From the human T2T-CHM13v2.0 reference genome, Homo sapiens, in the NCBI RefSeq assembly GCF_009914755.1, contig NC_060926.1: DNA of 64,000 nucleotides, one strand, 5' to 3'. The notes under the pieces are model-generated. The model was given only the letters and a program-made list of their open reading frames with translations, was not told the DNA's origin and did not search any database. The first letter of the stretch is position 1, and each line of letters begins with the position of its first letter. The position numbers were made by a program, and so were the translations under genes. Below, one piece after another: positions 1 through 14,428 of this stretch.

Positions 1-129
1 GTCTTAATATGTTCTGGGTTCCCAGGTAAATATAAGGATGCAGAGCCAAGCAGTTTGGTATGGGGGAGATAACACAGCCATTAGTGTCATGGAGACCTGG
101 CACTTTAATTCCTAAGCCTGTGACCAGAA

Positions 130-250
130 TCAAATTTAGTAGCATTTCTCAACCTCTATTTTCTCATTTGCAAAATAGGAACACTGATACCTGCTGTCTA
201 CCTTGCCATGAGACTTAAAACAGATAATGTGCGTAAAATGTTTTGCATTG
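130..250. mobile_element. MIR SINE fragment
   Basis: MIR core-like ctcaacctctattttctcatttgcaaaatagg...agataatgtgcgtaaaa; highly diverged, recall-based. Confidence 0.55.
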
Positions 251-2076
251 TGTTTTCCCTTCCTGCCACCTGTCAACGACACAGTCATTTCTTCAAGGAG
301 TTTGCATTCTAGAAACACGGTTTAGGTGCGTACCTCAAGGTCTGCCAACAAAGGGCAAATGCCAAAACATATATTCTCGTGGGTGGCTCTTTTAACCTCA
401 AACACGCACAAAGAGGTGGGGATTTTTCTGACGTTTTCCAACTATCCTTAAACATGACTGTCAATAACGCTAATGAGGATCTCACCAGCCACCGTATTTC
501 ATTAAAAGTAAAGATTTTGTCTTAAAACAGTAATATATTGCTGTTGTTCATTCAAGAAAATTATCTTCCTTTTGGACAGAGGATAGCTATTGGGTGGGAG
601 ATGGGAACAAGACAGCAAACTACAAAATAAACGTAGTCCATGTCATAAAGTACACCAAATACCATACTAAAGTTTCTGATTTTCATTAGAAAAGGGAACA
701 AAGAGGAAACCAACAGTTTCAGAAGACAAATGATACATTCAGTTTAATGAGATATGGATCCAGCCTTCAAGGAAATCCTGGTAACTACAGCACCCAGCAT
801 GTATTATGAAAGAACCTACAGATATCTGATCTCCCCAACCTGATTTTGGGATTCACAATGATAGAGACAATAAAAAAGCTATTCACCCATGTATCATTAT
901 AATAATATTAATAATAAAATTAATAATGATAAGTTATGTATTGAATGACCATTATAACGTAGCCACTCTATGGGCCGTTCAAATTGTTATAGCATTTCAC
1001 TGTCAGTGGCTAAAACTTAGCAAGGTCCCAGTCAGTGTTTTATTATAATGATGATGCTTAAGTGGCTTAAATCCAAGACATATCCCAGCTTAGTGGGGTT
1101 GCAGCTCTGTTATGTTTTATTGATCACTGTCAGAGATTTCCAGAACTTTGATGTAATAGGGCAGCATGATAGAGTGAAATTCAACAGAGTGGAGCTCTTG
1201 TCCCGCCTTAATTATTGTCAACTCTCTGAATCTTAGTTCCCTCATTTGTAAAAATTAAGACTTGTCTGGATGCTCTTCCAAATCCTACTCAGCTTAAACA
1301 GTCTGACATTCTGAGAGGAATGGCTGATACTTTCCTGAAGATCTTAATCCTTTGGTAACAGTGGTAGTTATGTCATTTGTTTCCTGGGAACCTGACATAG
1401 CGCCCCCTCCAGCTGAGCAGAGAAGCTCTTGGCCCATTCTGTACATGACCCTGCTGGACTTTCCAATTGTGTTAATTGGATGCTTTGAACCAGAGAGACC
1501 TGCACCTGGCTTCTCCCATGAGCAAGATCACACATTCTCCAAATAAAATGAGAGAGTGGTTGTCTCCATATGAGGTTGGCTGGTTTTTGTGGATTTGCAC
1601 CCTCTACTGTGGTCTAATTTTCACATCACTTAGTGCTTGCATGAAAGCGTTTCACATTTCTAGGAAAAACGATTTCATCTCTCCTCATCCAATACAATTT
1701 TTCCCACACTACCATAGATATCATTATCACATCTTTCAACCCTTACTATCAGACCTTAAAAGTAAATAAACAGATAAGTACATCATTTATGCAGCTACAG
1801 AAGATAAGGATTTAAGTGCAACACCACTCACTGATACAGAAAGTGAAAAATAAGACTACCCGACACTGGAGAGGGATAACCAAAGGACATCTTTAAGACA
1901 GTTGTCAAAGATGAATTTTTAAACCCATCAAATTTGTCAAAGATAGATTTTCAGAGGGGATGAGTAACCATTTTGAAACCCAAGATGAGACCAAGAAGGA
2001 TTAACATTTTAACTCTAGTAAATGAAGTTCAGGGTGGATAGTTATTGAATATTTACTATGTGCCAGGCTTGGTTAT

Positions 2077-2437
2077 TGTCTTAGTCCATTTGGCTGCTAT
2101 AACAGGTTACCATAAGCTAGGTAGCTTATAAACAAGAGAATTTTATTTTCTACACTCTGGAGGCTGGGAAGTTCAAGATTAAGGTGCCAGCAGATTAGGT
2201 GTCTTGTCAGGGCCCTCTTCTTGCTTCATAGAGGGTTTCTCCTCACTGTGTCCTCAGATAGTGGAAGGAATAAGGCAACTCTTTGGGGCCTCTCATACAA
2301 GGGCACTAATCCCATTCATGAGGGCTTCACCTCATGACCTAATTACCTCCAAGGGCTTCATCTCCTAATATCAGCACCTTGGAGATTAGTTTTCAATGAA
2401 TGAATTTGAGGGAGACACAAACATTCAGCCTATGGCA
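2077..2437 (-). mobile_element. MLT1A-like MaLR solo LTR inserted in a MIR
   Basis: TG...CA termini (tgtcttagtcc...cctatggca), ~360 bp, typical MLT1A motifs (ggaggctgggaagttcaagattaagg, cactaatcccattcatgaggg); MIR-like sequence on both sides. Confidence 0.85.
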
Positions 2438-5379
2438 ATAATAATCTGTTTACTTGTGCTATTTTATTTAATCCTCACAGCAATTCCATCAGATAATAGT
2501 TATAATATCCCCCTTTTTACAGAAACATGAATTAACGTATAGATTAGTTCAGAACTTTTTTTAAGGTCACCAGCTTGAAAAAGTCAGATGCAGAAATTAA
2601 ACCCCCAACAGCCTGACCCACACCTTCGCTTTTACCACAAACCTATAAGCCAGCTGCCCGGAAGGGTTGGAAAATGTGAACCATGTTATGTTTCCTCTGG
2701 TTTCTTTTGGTTTCTTAACATAGCATCTTTTTGCAGCTCTGGTTTCTGTCTAAATTCAGTGCACTTTTGCTCTCTTCAGAATAAGTCCTGACTTCATAAT
2801 GGGTGACAGTGACCCACTGGAGGAAAAATGACTCCCACAATCTAGCATTTCTTCTGTCTACTACCCCCAGGACTCAGCGTCAGCATTTCCTAAGTTAAAT
2901 TACACCGCGGACTTCTCTCCATTCCCTGACAGCAGGACAGATAGCCCCAATGTGAGCTTAATTACTTCTGCAGTTATGTGGACACAATTTTGCTACAAAT
3001 CATCTTGGGCCAATAAACCAAGGTCTGTCTTTACGCCAAAACATAATAAAATCTTCCAGAAGAGGAGCAGCTTCCTTCATATAAATAGAACCAGGCCTTC
3101 ATTGGTTGCAACCAGCCACTTACTTTAGAGTTGGGGGAAGGTACTGTGAAGAATTATTAACAATTTTTGGAACAAGTACATTTATTCAGCATATTTATTT
3201 TTTAAAAAGACATTGGAAGAAAACATTTTCATCTGGAGTGTGAAGTGACAGATAACAGCAGAAATCTATGGGAAGCTGGTTACAAACATATTGCTCTACC
3301 CTGCGTTTGTAAGAAGATGGTGAATGGAGAGTAAAGTTTGTAGAGGAGTCATCCTTCAAAAAACAATTCTGTGACTTGCAACCTTACAGAGTGAAAAGGA
3401 CTTTTAAGGAAAGTCATATTCTGATATTCCAGCAACACTCAATGACTGATAATCACCTCCCTTCAGTAACACACCTCTGTGAAGATGAAAGATAGAACAA
3501 CACAGAGAAGGGATCATAGTGCAGCTCCCTTTCACAGTTCCCAGAAACAGAGTATTTATGGAATCAGATGAGGGGCAGAGCTAAAGCTAAGGTCTCTTTT
3601 CTTCAAGGACTTGAAGAAGAATAGAGTGGCTATCAGGGAACATTTTCCTATATATTACACCTGAAAGGTCATTATTTCACTTCTCTTTTATCTAAAATTG
3701 CGATTTTTCTTAATGGCATATTTGTGGTTTGGGAGCCTGGCAAAGTATTGGAGAGAGAAAAATAGGTTTTACGACTTAGAAGGAATATCAAAAGCCACTA
3801 AGCTTTATTTGTAATGTAAAAATAATAATTCAATAATCATGTGTTGATCGTGAACCCCAGGATGCAGAACTCAAAGAGACCCCAGATGTCACCTAACCCC
3901 AGTGGAGCAGGCTCTGTTTCTCAAGTTCTTTACAGCTTGAGAAACAGGGGCTGCTTGGTGGTCCAGCCCTGACCTGGGACCTCTGGGTGAGACAGCACTC
4001 TCTAGTCACACTAAAAAGGTTTCTTATATTGGACCTCCATGTTACTTTCATCTCTTTGCCCTAGCAACCCTTTGTAGAGTAATATTTGAAGAAATACATT
4101 CAAGGTGTTTACATCCCCAAGGGACATCCTAGCTCCTTACTATCCTAGTTACCTCCTCTGGTCTCTGTCTGGTTTCTCAATCTCCATTTTAAAATGTCAT
4201 GTTATGAACTAGAAACAGACTTAAGAACTAAGGAATACTAGAAAATTAAAGGTTTTATCAAATGAACTCTTTGCAAAGAAAGAACTGGCATCCTCAGGGT
4301 ACTTAGGGAGGTTGTTTGGAAGAAGCATATTTTAAATCACGACATGCAAGGGAAGTGAACATCAGTGAATGAAAAACTATCAGGATGGCTTTCCTGATAG
4401 GGGGAAATGGGAGGGGGAAGGGCTGGGTGGTAGAAAATTGTACTAGCCAAAACAGAAAGATAAATGTGAGAGAGGAGAGTGAAGCGAAAAAAAGGCTTAG
4501 AAAGGTCCACTGTCTTTATCTTGGCCATTTAAGTTCTGAGATCATCCAGGCATTACCTTTCATTTTGGAGATGCAGAGATGACCTGTGACTTGTAGGCAG
4601 TTAAAATTACTTAGGGACACTTTCTAGGACTAGAATTCAGATCTCCTAATTTCTAGTCTAGTGTAAAACGGTCTGAAAATTAAGTTGAAATGATTGCTTA
4701 AGCCTGTTCTGGTGCTAGATTTAGCAATGTGACAACCTGAAACAGAAAAAAAGATTATGTCTAAAGGAAAAGAAGGAAAGAAAGAAAGAAAAGACGATAA
4801 AAACCCACAAAATAAAGCAAAGAAGTCTAATAATCCCGGAGGAATTTTTGCCCATGATGACTCTTTTGTGATGCTTCTTTTGAAATATCAAAACAAATTT
4901 TCACATGTCATTTCCATGGCCTCTGTTTCCCTTCCACATTCATGGTGATACTAGTTGGTGTTTATTGAGTCTGGTATTGCCCAGCTTCACTCAACTGGTT
5001 TGTGAAAAAGGTGCCAAAGAGCAGAGCCTGGGCTGCAGTGGAAGCTACAAAATGAATTTCCTGTTTGGGGAGGCAAATGCCACATTCCACAAGCAGCACA
5101 AGGTAGAATTCCCTCAGGAAATAATGGATGTGGTGCAAGTGGTAATAAAATAGATTTCTGAGCGTTAGGTAATACATGGGTGCTGGTGAAGCCAAGGACA
5201 ATTTACTGGAGGTTTAACAGAGTTCAGAGGAAGTGGAAAGGCATTCAGGGAGCACTGTAAGAGCAAAACTAAATTGTAAATTGTGTGGAATAATGAGGTG
5301 AGTTGAGGAACATTAGGAAATGTGGCAAATTGGGGACTATGGTGGTGGTCTGTGGAAAATGTAAATACTACATCTTCAA

Positions 5380-6450
5380 AAATGTTTACTTAGTATATAG
5401 TACATGCCAGCCATGCCAGGCACTGTGGTGGGTGCTGGGGAATCACTGGAGAGCAAGATCCATGAACTTTACAATCTAGGAAGCAACATTTTCCATTACG
5501 AAGGCACAACAAAGAGTAAATGTGATGAGAGACCAAGCATCAAGAGCTATGTGAGCATCACAGAAGCATCTAGCCCAGCCTCAGAAGAGTAGTCAAGGAA
5601 GTTTTTACAAAAGCTGTGATGCTTCAGCTGGACCTAAAGGAAAATTAGGAATTAGGAGAGAAGAGGAGTATTCAGGGTGGAGGAGGGACTAGCATGTGCA
5701 AATGTACAGAGGCAAAAGATAGCAACCTGGAAGATGTTTAGTGTCATCTGAAGTGGTGTGAAGGGAAGAAAGTTATATGAAAATATGCTGAAAAGGAAGG
5801 TGGGAGCTGGTCATGGGCCTTCAGCAAACCCATTAAAGGCAGCACTATGGACAGACAACAGCAAACCAATGAGCATCTTAAAGATCCTGCCTTGATGGTG
5901 TTTACAGCACAGTGGAGTGACAGATAAGTCATTAAGCATTTACAAAGGCATATGCTAAGTACCACGACATGGATATGCACAGGCAGAAGACTGACAAAGT
6001 AAATGAATTCATGGATTTTGCCTACAATTTATCCTCACGCATCCACAAATAAGTATTAAGTTCTTTCTATTATGTTGGGCACTGGGAATATGGAAACATA
6101 TGAGAATCATTTCCTGTTCTTAAGGAACTCATCTCCTGAGATGACATAAAAGAAAGTCAACCTTTATAATATCCAAGCATGGTAAGTGTCCTGGCAAAGA
6201 TACTCAGGCGCAATGGGAGGAGAGAGAAAGAAAATACACCATCCTGGGGACAAGAGGAGGCTATAAGGTAGAGATGAAGAGTTGGTCATTTATTAAAGAC
6301 AAGGTAGGAGTTAGTTCTATGGGTAGGAGCAACCCGTCTGGGCAGATGGACTGGTGCACACATCTGTCAGTGTGAACCTTCACGCATACAGTGTTGCAGT
6401 ACATATGGAAATGCTCTGTGACATGGCTCATAGCACAACGGCTCTCCATT
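5380..6450 (-). mobile_element. L2 LINE fragments
   Basis: L2 3'-end-like atgccaggcactgtggtgggtgctgggg and tatgttgggcactgggaat followed by purine-rich L2 body; boundaries approximate. Confidence 0.6.
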
Positions 6451-7420
6451 ATGGCCCACCATAATTTCACTTTAATAGACCTCAAATCAGTTCTCTCCTG
6501 AGAGTGGACCATATATTCAGATGGTCTCTCTGGCCATGATTTCACCACTTGTCTTCATGTTTTAATCACACACTCTAATAAAACACGAGCCTTTTAAAGA
6601 CAGTCAATCATTCAGAGATCAAAGTCACATGGGAGGGTTTGGTTGTCTGCCAAATTAAAACCTGGCCTTGAATTGCAAGGGAAAGAAAGATTGCCCTTAA
6701 GATAAATATTTGGAGTATAGGAGATACAACTAGACTGTGATATTTTTAAGTTATGGAATATCGCGTTTGAAGCTGCAGCTCCTGGGGATATCTATTCTTT
6801 TGTTTGCTTAAAATTTAAAAGAAAATGCATGGGAAAATAATGAGTCTTAAGAACACAATATTAGTAGGAAAATCTCAAGATAAACTTTTGTTCTGAACAA
6901 ATATGAAGTAAGAACGAAATGTAAATGGTAAAATTAAAGTCAGAACTTTTGTTCTAACTTTTAATGTCCTAGTTAAGGCATTGGGCTACAGAGGAAATAA
7001 AAAAGTGGTATTGGCATATTTTTTCTTGCTTTTAATCTTGTGTCAAAAATAAAGGTAAATTTCCACCTGCCTCAGAAATTTTCTGTGATAAGTAGGAAGA
7101 TCACTAGATTCAGGATGCCTGGAATTCTGCCTAAATATCCTAATTGTATCTCAGCCTCAAATTTTTCATCTTCTAAAAGGAAACTCATCACAGTAGCATT
7201 AATGGCAAGATCAACTTTCTAAGCCTCAGTTTCTTCATCTGCAATGTGAGACAGTGATATTAATCCAAAGCTGGCAGTTAGTAGCATAAGGGACAAAATA
7301 GAAATAATTGCTACTGGCTGCCCAGGGTTGGTTCTCAGAAGGATGCTAAAATAATAACATCCAGGCCCAGATGAAGAGTTCAGTGATTAATTAATAAAAT
7401 CAGGAAATAGGCCAAGCTAA

Positions 7421-7765
<345 letters not shown>

Positions 7766-8409
7766 AAGACACAAGCTACTAAGGGAGAGAGAAAGGTAAA
7801 TGAGGGAGCAGAGCATTTAGGACTTTACATCTGAAGTACCTATAGATTCCAGGAGCATATCCATATAATATAGAGTGTCCAAACGTCCCGGATCTCCAAG
7901 GGGTTTTGTGGGTCAAGTAGGGCCATCAAGGAGTAGCTGATACACTCTATTTTCACATACCAGTTTTTCAGAGTTGACCGTCACTATTTTATATTCAAGG
8001 ACAAAGACTTGAGCAAATGTGATGGTACAATTCAAAATAACTCGAAAGCTCTGCGTGAAGAATTAAATGTAAGATAATATTGCCGCTTCATTTATCAACA
8101 GACCACTTACTCTTATTGCTGCAGGCAATTGTTAAAGAGCCTACGGCATGTTTGACTTAAATTCTCAAATACCTGAGGAATTTCTCATGGGCACAGGCCT
8201 GTATAACCCACTCTTCTGTCTAGTATGGTGCTCAGCATACAGTAAGTGATACATTAATTATTCAGTCCATGAATAGATCTTCTAATTTTATAACTGATAC
8301 ATTTTAACCAGAGATGGGTGAACTTAAACATTGTTCAAATGCTGCATATTCTCTTAACTCTTAGCCCAATTAATTAATATCTAAAACTCTATTACTCAAA
8401 AGTCATCCT

Positions 8410-9415
<1,006 letters not shown>

Positions 9416-10189
9416 CAAAAGCTAACTCCTATAAGAATAACAGCTTTAAAAAATGTTCCTAAATTAATATAAAAATATGACACTTCCGTCCTCTCTTCAA
9501 CAATCTGGTAAGTAATGACTTAAAATTTTCTAGAGAAGTTTTTTCAGCACTTTCTCACTCAGTTCTCTAGTATCTTTAGCCATGCTGATTTTTAACTGTG
9601 ACTAAAATAGGGATAAATTGACAACATATAGTTAGAATTGTTCACAGTAGAATAAGGATCAATTGATTTAGTAAAAGAAATACAAACTTTCAGCCATGTG
9701 GGAGTACTTGCAAATTTAGGATTATTTACAAACAGAACTGCATATACCTCGATCATTTCTACGTGTATCTCAGGAGCTCCTGCGTTGTAATTCTGTGGTG
9801 TATGAAAGTGAGCATGCCTCAAGGTCGACCTTGAGTTAGCAAGAACATGCTTAACTATTTCAGGACTTATGTATTTTCAGTACTTAAAGAATACTAGAAT
9901 GCTATGTAATTATAGATCCCCATCCAAGAAAAGAATGGTCATTAAAAATAAAGGTTTAGGATATAAAGATATGAGTTGACTTTATTTAGAAACATGGGTT
10001 GTAAGGGACCAAGCCCCACTGATGGATGATACTGAATGAGATTATATTGCACTAAGTAATAAGCAAATAAAGGTTGGCAAGGCCTCAGAGATGTTTGAGG
10101 CAAAGAACAGGAGTAATTTTAATCAACATCATTCTATACATTATCAGATATTTTATTCACAGATTTAAAGATATATGACAGGTGATTTG

Positions 10190-10281
10190 TTTTACCATGA
10201 TTATTCCTGACTAGTGGTTTAAATCAAGCTGATTTAAACCAAGTTGATTTAAACTACTAGTCAGGAATAATCATAGTAAAA
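10190..10281. repeat. Inverted repeat, 38-bp arms, 16-bp spacer
   Basis: 10190-10227 is the reverse complement of 10244-10281 with 2 mismatches. Confidence 0.95.
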
Positions 10282-10369
10282 AAATTTCTTCCTCAGAAAA
10301 GTACATTTTTATTATTTTACATGGCCATAATACATATTCTTCACAACTCATATAAGATTTAGAAGTCAT

Positions 10370-10628
10370 GGCCGAGAGCAGTGGCTCATGCCTGTAATCC
10401 CAACACTTTGGGAGGCTGAAGAGGGCGGATCACAGGTCAGGAGCTCGAGACCATCCTGGCCAACGTGGTGAAACCCCGTCTCTACTAAAAATACAAAAAT
10501 TAGCTGGGCATGGTGGCATGCACCTGTTGTTCCAGCTACTTGGAAAGCTGAGGCAGGAGAATCGCTTGAACCCAGGAGGCGACCTGGGCAACAGAGCAAG
10601 GCTCTGTCTCAAAAAAAAAAAAAAAAAA
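10370..10628 (+). mobile_element. AluS with ~40-bp deletion in right monomer
   Basis: Alu dimer with A tail; TSD aagatttagaagtcat / aagattttagaagttat. Confidence 0.95.
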
Positions 10629-13600
10629 GATTTTAGAAGTTATTACTGGATGATGTACAGAGTACTCATTTAAAAGTGGTGAATTGTTTGTGTATGGTTT
10701 TTGAAGCATCATCAAAGAAATGGATAAATAACTTTGTTGTTTTACTTTTCAAATATAACTGAAGAGGATATTGGCAAAACCATTAGAAAAGGAACCTCCA
10801 ATTTAACTGGTTAATTAATGATATTTGTCAATATTACCAAAAACAAAGACTTTAAAACTTGATTGATTCATTTCCAAATAAATGAAAAAGTACATGCAGA
10901 CTGGCTATCATTCTTAAGCAACAAAAATATAAGTATAATGTTTTTAAAATCAAGTTATATTTATATAGCATTTTCCCATGAATAGTTTCATGTATGCAGG
11001 CATATACATTTTTATATATAGACATATTATAATATATATTATATAAAATAATACCTATTGGTTATCACCGTAATGGCAAATGGGAAATTTTAAAAATTTT
11101 ATTGGCAATGTTAACGAGAGCAATATAGAATATTTTAAATGTTGAGTTATGCATCTAACTCAACCTTCCTCTTGTTAATTCATAGACTGAAAAAGAAGGC
11201 AAGGCTTTCTTTGCATTTTTAATTTTCAGTTTTTCAATTTAAAGTATAATAGGGCCAAAGGAGGACAACTTCTAGTCCATACTTAGAGAAAAAAGCAATG
11301 CTGTGGAAGTGAGATCATCTTCATGAATCCAGATAAGAAATAAAACTTGAGTGATTGTCAAGCACCAGAAACTTTCTGTCTACTACTCAATTAACCTCAG
11401 AGCAGGGCAATGAGATGCATACTACTGTCTCAGTTCTACAGATAAGTAAACTGAGCCTAAAGGTCTCACTAGCTGTATATGACCTCACAGCTAGTAAACT
11501 GCAGGGCCTCTGCTCTTCCCACACTGTGAGTTTATATTTTAGGAGGCGTTAGGATGTAACACAGGACCATGCTACATTTATAAACATTTTCTTATTAAAG
11601 TCAATAAGTGCTTGGTAGCAAGTAATATATATTAGGAATTATCTCTCTATTATAATACTATTATGGAATTTTAATTTTAATTAAGTTTAAATAGACAATT
11701 TAAATATATGAATATATGCTAAATCCAATATATTAATGGAGCGCCTTTTATGAGCAAGCATCTGGTACAAAAATGTGTGTAGACATAATCCCTTAAAGGA
11801 CTGACAATTTATTGTGGAAAATAGAAAATGAATTATGACCTAGGTACATTGAGTTACACGCTATGGCAAAGACATACACAAAGTTAAGGTATAAAAGGGG
11901 AAAAAGTCTTTCATGTAGATTTGTTATTTGGCAAAGCAATTAGGTGAAAAATAATTGAAGAAAGCTGATATAAATAAAAATTATGATTTTATATATTTAA
12001 TGGCTTTGATGTCTATGGCTTGAGGATATAACTTGACTTACAAAGAAATTCTGAGAAGTATGTCTTCAGCCATGAAAATCAGTAGTAAGTTTATCTCTAC
12101 TGAGAATGGGGAAAATATAAACTTGTTTTAACTGAGGTGAGGAATTTTTGATAGATGGGGAAGGGCTTTCTGATGTATGAATTTAACGTTGGAATGCGGC
12201 AGGTCAATCCTGTGCTTTACTTTTTGTAAAGTGCTTTTGCGTATCCTATTCCTCACTAGATTTTCTTGCAATGTAGATAGATAGAGAGGTTTTTTATTCT
12301 AGATAAATTAATCAAGGATAAGCTATTCATCAAGGTTCACATGGCTGCTAAATGATGGAGTTAAGGCTCACATCTAGGATTCCTTAATTTGTAAATTTTC
12401 AAATACAAGTAAAAGATCCATACAATTTAAAAGTGGTTCTGATTAGAAGGTAGAAAATAAGTGAGAAACACAGAATTTTAGTGCTGGAAACTTTAGAAAT
12501 TGTATTCAGGAGTTGCAAACTAAGTGTCTTAAAGGGTTGGGTGGGTAGGCAGGTAATGTAAAAGTAGATGAAGCTGGTGGTTAACTACAGTTGCTGAGTT
12601 CTGTGAAGCAGTCAGAACAATCTAGATTATGCTGCAGTAACAAACAACTTCCAAACCTTAGGGACTTAGACTATGACATGCCATTGTAGGTCAACAAGAA
12701 AAGTGGCTCCATGTCTCCTTACTCCCATATCCAGACTGATGAAACGGTCCCTATTCATAATGCTTACTGTTGCTGAGACAGAGAGGAGATAATGTAGTGA
12801 ATGACATACTGCCTCTTAAGACTACTCAAAAGTGGTACACACCCCTGTTCACATTTCATAGGTCAAAATAATTCTCGTAACCATGTCTAATTTTAACTAG
12901 GAGAAGGGCAGGGGAGCACAGGAAGTGGCATCCTACCATGTATTAGAAGGTAGAGAGTCAATAATATTCAGTGATGAGGAATTATGACCACAGGCTCCCC
13001 TCCTGCTCACCAAATGTTGAGTTCACTCTCCTTTTTAAACACAAAATACATTCTCCCTGCCACTAAGGGATATAGCCCTAGAATCTCATCTGCTCAAAGT
13101 ATCGAGCTGAAGGTCTGCACCATCTAGGTGTTGTGTGGAGTCTCTTGATCTAGAGATCTACGAACGAAAATGTTATCTGCCTCCTCCACACAACCAACAT
13201 ACACTGGTGTAACAGAGGCAGAAAAACTGCAATGAACACTCCCCTTCAAAATGTATAATAGGAGTTGGACAGCTAACTCAGGTTTATAAATATGCTGAAA
13301 TCCCAAAGGGCAGAAATTTGCAAGGACTACCTTCATTAAGGATCCGAATGTTCTTAGATCAGATTAGACACTGATTCCATTCCTTGCAAGGAACCCCTAA
13401 GCACCTTGCTCTCTGTGGCCCTTGGTTCTGCTTTCTAGAAGGATCTTCCTCAGTATCTTTGCCCACATGCAAAGCCAGCATTAGAGAATATACATTCTTT
13501 GGGGCTGAGTAGTTTTTTCAGTCTACTTCCTGATCACAGAAAGTTTGAGGACCCAAGGATTAGGTTAATATTTGTATTATAATCCCAGATTGTTTAGTAT

Positions 13601-13653
13601 ATGCTGAAAGTTTCTTTAGTTGTATAACTCTTATGAAAACTTACCAGGTCTTT

Positions 13654-14176
13654 TGTCAGGGTTTCCTAGAGAAACAGAGCCAAACAGGATGTATATATAT
13701 ATATGGAGATAAAGTTATTGATTATGAGAAATTGGCCCACGATTATGGAGGCTGAGGAATTCCTGAAATCAACAGTTGGAAAGGTGGACATCCAAGAGAT
13801 CTAATGGTATGGTTTCAGTCAAAAGGCCAGCAGGCTCAAGACTCAAGAAGAACACATGATTCACTTCTAGTCTGGAGGTAGGAAAAGAGCAATATTCCAG
13901 ATCAAGACAATCAAGCTGGATTGATTGAGTGGGAGAGAGGCTCAGCCCTCCGAGAGGGAGTGTCTTCCGAGAGGGAGGGTCTGCCTTTTTGTTCTATTCA
14001 GGCCTTCAACTGACTGCATGAGCCTCACCCACATTATGGAGGGCAATCTCCTTTACCCAATCTACCAGTTCAAATGTTAATCTTATCTCAAAACACCCTC
14101 GCAGTCACATCTAGAATAATGTTCAGTTATCTGGGCATTCTGTGAACCAGTCAAGTTAACAAATAAAATTAACTGG
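13654..14176 (-). mobile_element. MLT2 (ERVL) solo LTR
   Basis: tcagggtttcctagagaaacagagcc, ggccttcaactgactgcatgag, aatgttaatcttatctcaaaacaccctc, cagtcaagttaacaaataaaattaac. Confidence 0.85.
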
Positions 14177-14428
14177 CTTACCAGGCTTATTAATTATATT
14201 CTAATTGATATAATTTGGGGTTTCTCTTTGTGATTATACTACACAGATTATGTATAAATGCACATGTGTGTATTGTGCATGTATGTGTTTGCTTTCTCAG
14301 CCCCATGATTCTTGCTCTTGTGTTCTTGATTTATTTGTGTGTACCTTAAGTTCAACAAGATTCAGTGGATAAGCTGTTCTTGTTGTTTCTTCTATAAGCC
14401 CTGTTTTTTCAATTGAGAGATGCACTGG

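Noticed and set aside
2600-5150. Possible exons or conserved enhancer in repeat-poor DNA (also 59750-62500)
   Set aside because: Only short ORFs without recognisable domains, no CpG island, no convincing splice pairs; needs conservation data I cannot compute
9818-9835. Perfect 18-bp palindrome ctcaaggtcgaccttgag with nuclear-receptor-like halves
   Set aside because: A 9-bp-arm palindrome is expected about 0.25 times per 64 kb by chance; no supporting context
9450-11200. Possible decayed DNA transposon or pseudogene around the hairpin
   Set aside because: No terminal repeats or protein motif I can recognise
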